Shown here: positions 31,707-32,000 of the stretch, piece after piece
Layout of the letters: every line of letters begins with the position of its first letter
Position numbering within the stretch: the first letter of the stretch is position 1
Source: Geotalea daltonii FRC-32
Lineage (GTDB): Bacteria; Desulfobacterota; Desulfuromonadia; Geobacterales; Geobacteraceae
Direction: 5' to 3'
Length of the DNA: 32,000 bases
NCBI RefSeq assembly: GCF_000022265.1
Contig: NC_011979.1
Coordinates: 930,001 to 962,000, forward strand
Program-made: the position numbers and the translations under genes
Notes under the pieces: generated by a model
The model's input: the letters and a program-made list of their open reading frames with translations, nothing else
Told to the model about the DNA's origin: nothing
Databases searched by the model: none

Positions 31707-31907
31707 ATGTGCAGCCTGGGATTCAATGCCTTTCTTGCCATGTGGCTCGGCTTTCTGGCGGTGATGATTACGGCCATCACCTTGGCGCTTGTCTGGGCGG
31801 TCCGGTCGAGGCAATTCTCCGATCAGGACCGGGCCCGCTACCTGCCGCTGGAAAGCGGTATTCCCGCTAAGGAGGAATTGAAACGACACAAGGGGAAAAC
31901 ACGATGA
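31707..31907 (+). CDS. ccoS: cbb3 oxidase maturation protein CcoS/FixS-like (66 aa)
   Basis: Trimmed to ATG 31707, after GGGAGAG. It has a single TM, then WAVRSRQFSDQDRARYLPL, which resembles the CcoS signature WAxxSGQ(F/Y)DD. Confidence 0.65.
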   Translation: MCSLGFNAFLAMWLGFLAVMITAITLALVWAVRSRQFSDQDRARYLPLESGIPAKEELKRHKGKTR

Positions 31908-32000
31908 TGACTTTCAACCTTTATGTGCAGCAGAACCAGTGGGTTGTGGTGACTCTCCTTGCGGGAGCCACCCTGATGATCCTTGTCTGCCTCACTTACC
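31904..32000 (+). CDS. 5' end of a membrane protein gene (partial, runs off the right edge)
   Basis: ATG 31904 overlaps the ccoS stop (ATGA) and is preceded by AAGGGG. It reads MMTFNLYVQQNQWVVVTLLAGATLMILVCLTY. Function cannot be assigned from 32 residues. Confidence 0.4.
   Translation, partial: MMTFNLYVQQNQWVVVTLLAGATLMILVCLTY

Noticed and set aside
1-32000. Mobile elements, prophage, defence systems, toxin-antitoxin pairs and RNA genes.
   Set aside because: I saw no integrase, transposase or recombinase motifs, no terminal inverted repeats flanking a block, no tRNA-like cloverleaf or rRNA-like stretch, and no nuclease, ATPase or methyltransferase signatures outside the annotated genes. 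The AT-rich patches coincide with ordinary promoter regions.

Overview
GC-rich chromosomal window. The style looks like a Geobacter/Desulfuromonadales-type deltaproteobacterium, but that is inference only: NtrC-type activators, REP-like GTAGGGGC palindromes, multihaem cytochromes. I saw no rRNA, tRNA, CRISPR, transposase or integrase. There are three blocks.

(1) 1-12.7 kb, metal/envelope block. On the minus strand, a DUF302 gene, a sensor kinase and a sigma-54 response regulator are followed by four tightly packed genes. All four encode secreted proteins: a small Gly/Cys protein, an OB-fold-like protein, a beta-barrel and a lipoprotein. These carry striking Met/Gly-rich tails and loops. Divergent from this is an apparently leaderless Cys/His-rich small protein followed by a three-gene heavy-metal RND efflux operon.

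(2) 13.2-16.3 kb. An orphan PstS-like periplasmic binding protein is translationally coupled to a membrane PAS-GGDEF-EAL protein.

(3) 16.3-32 kb, respiratory block. The minus-strand operon is PoxB-like TPP enzyme, 971-aa FAD/Fe-S/CCG dehydrogenase, DUF2231 and SDR. Divergent from it is a non-canonical Alternative Complex III cluster in the order actB, fused actC-D, actF, actA, followed directly by a compact cbb3 oxidase (ccoN, fused ccoO-cytochrome c, ccoS).

The best leads are the sigma-54-linked Met/Gly-tail envelope module next to a Cus-like pump, a heptanucleotide tandem-repeat array exactly at the actB/actC junction, and the unusual ACIII architecture. All functional calls come from motifs read by eye; no database search was possible.
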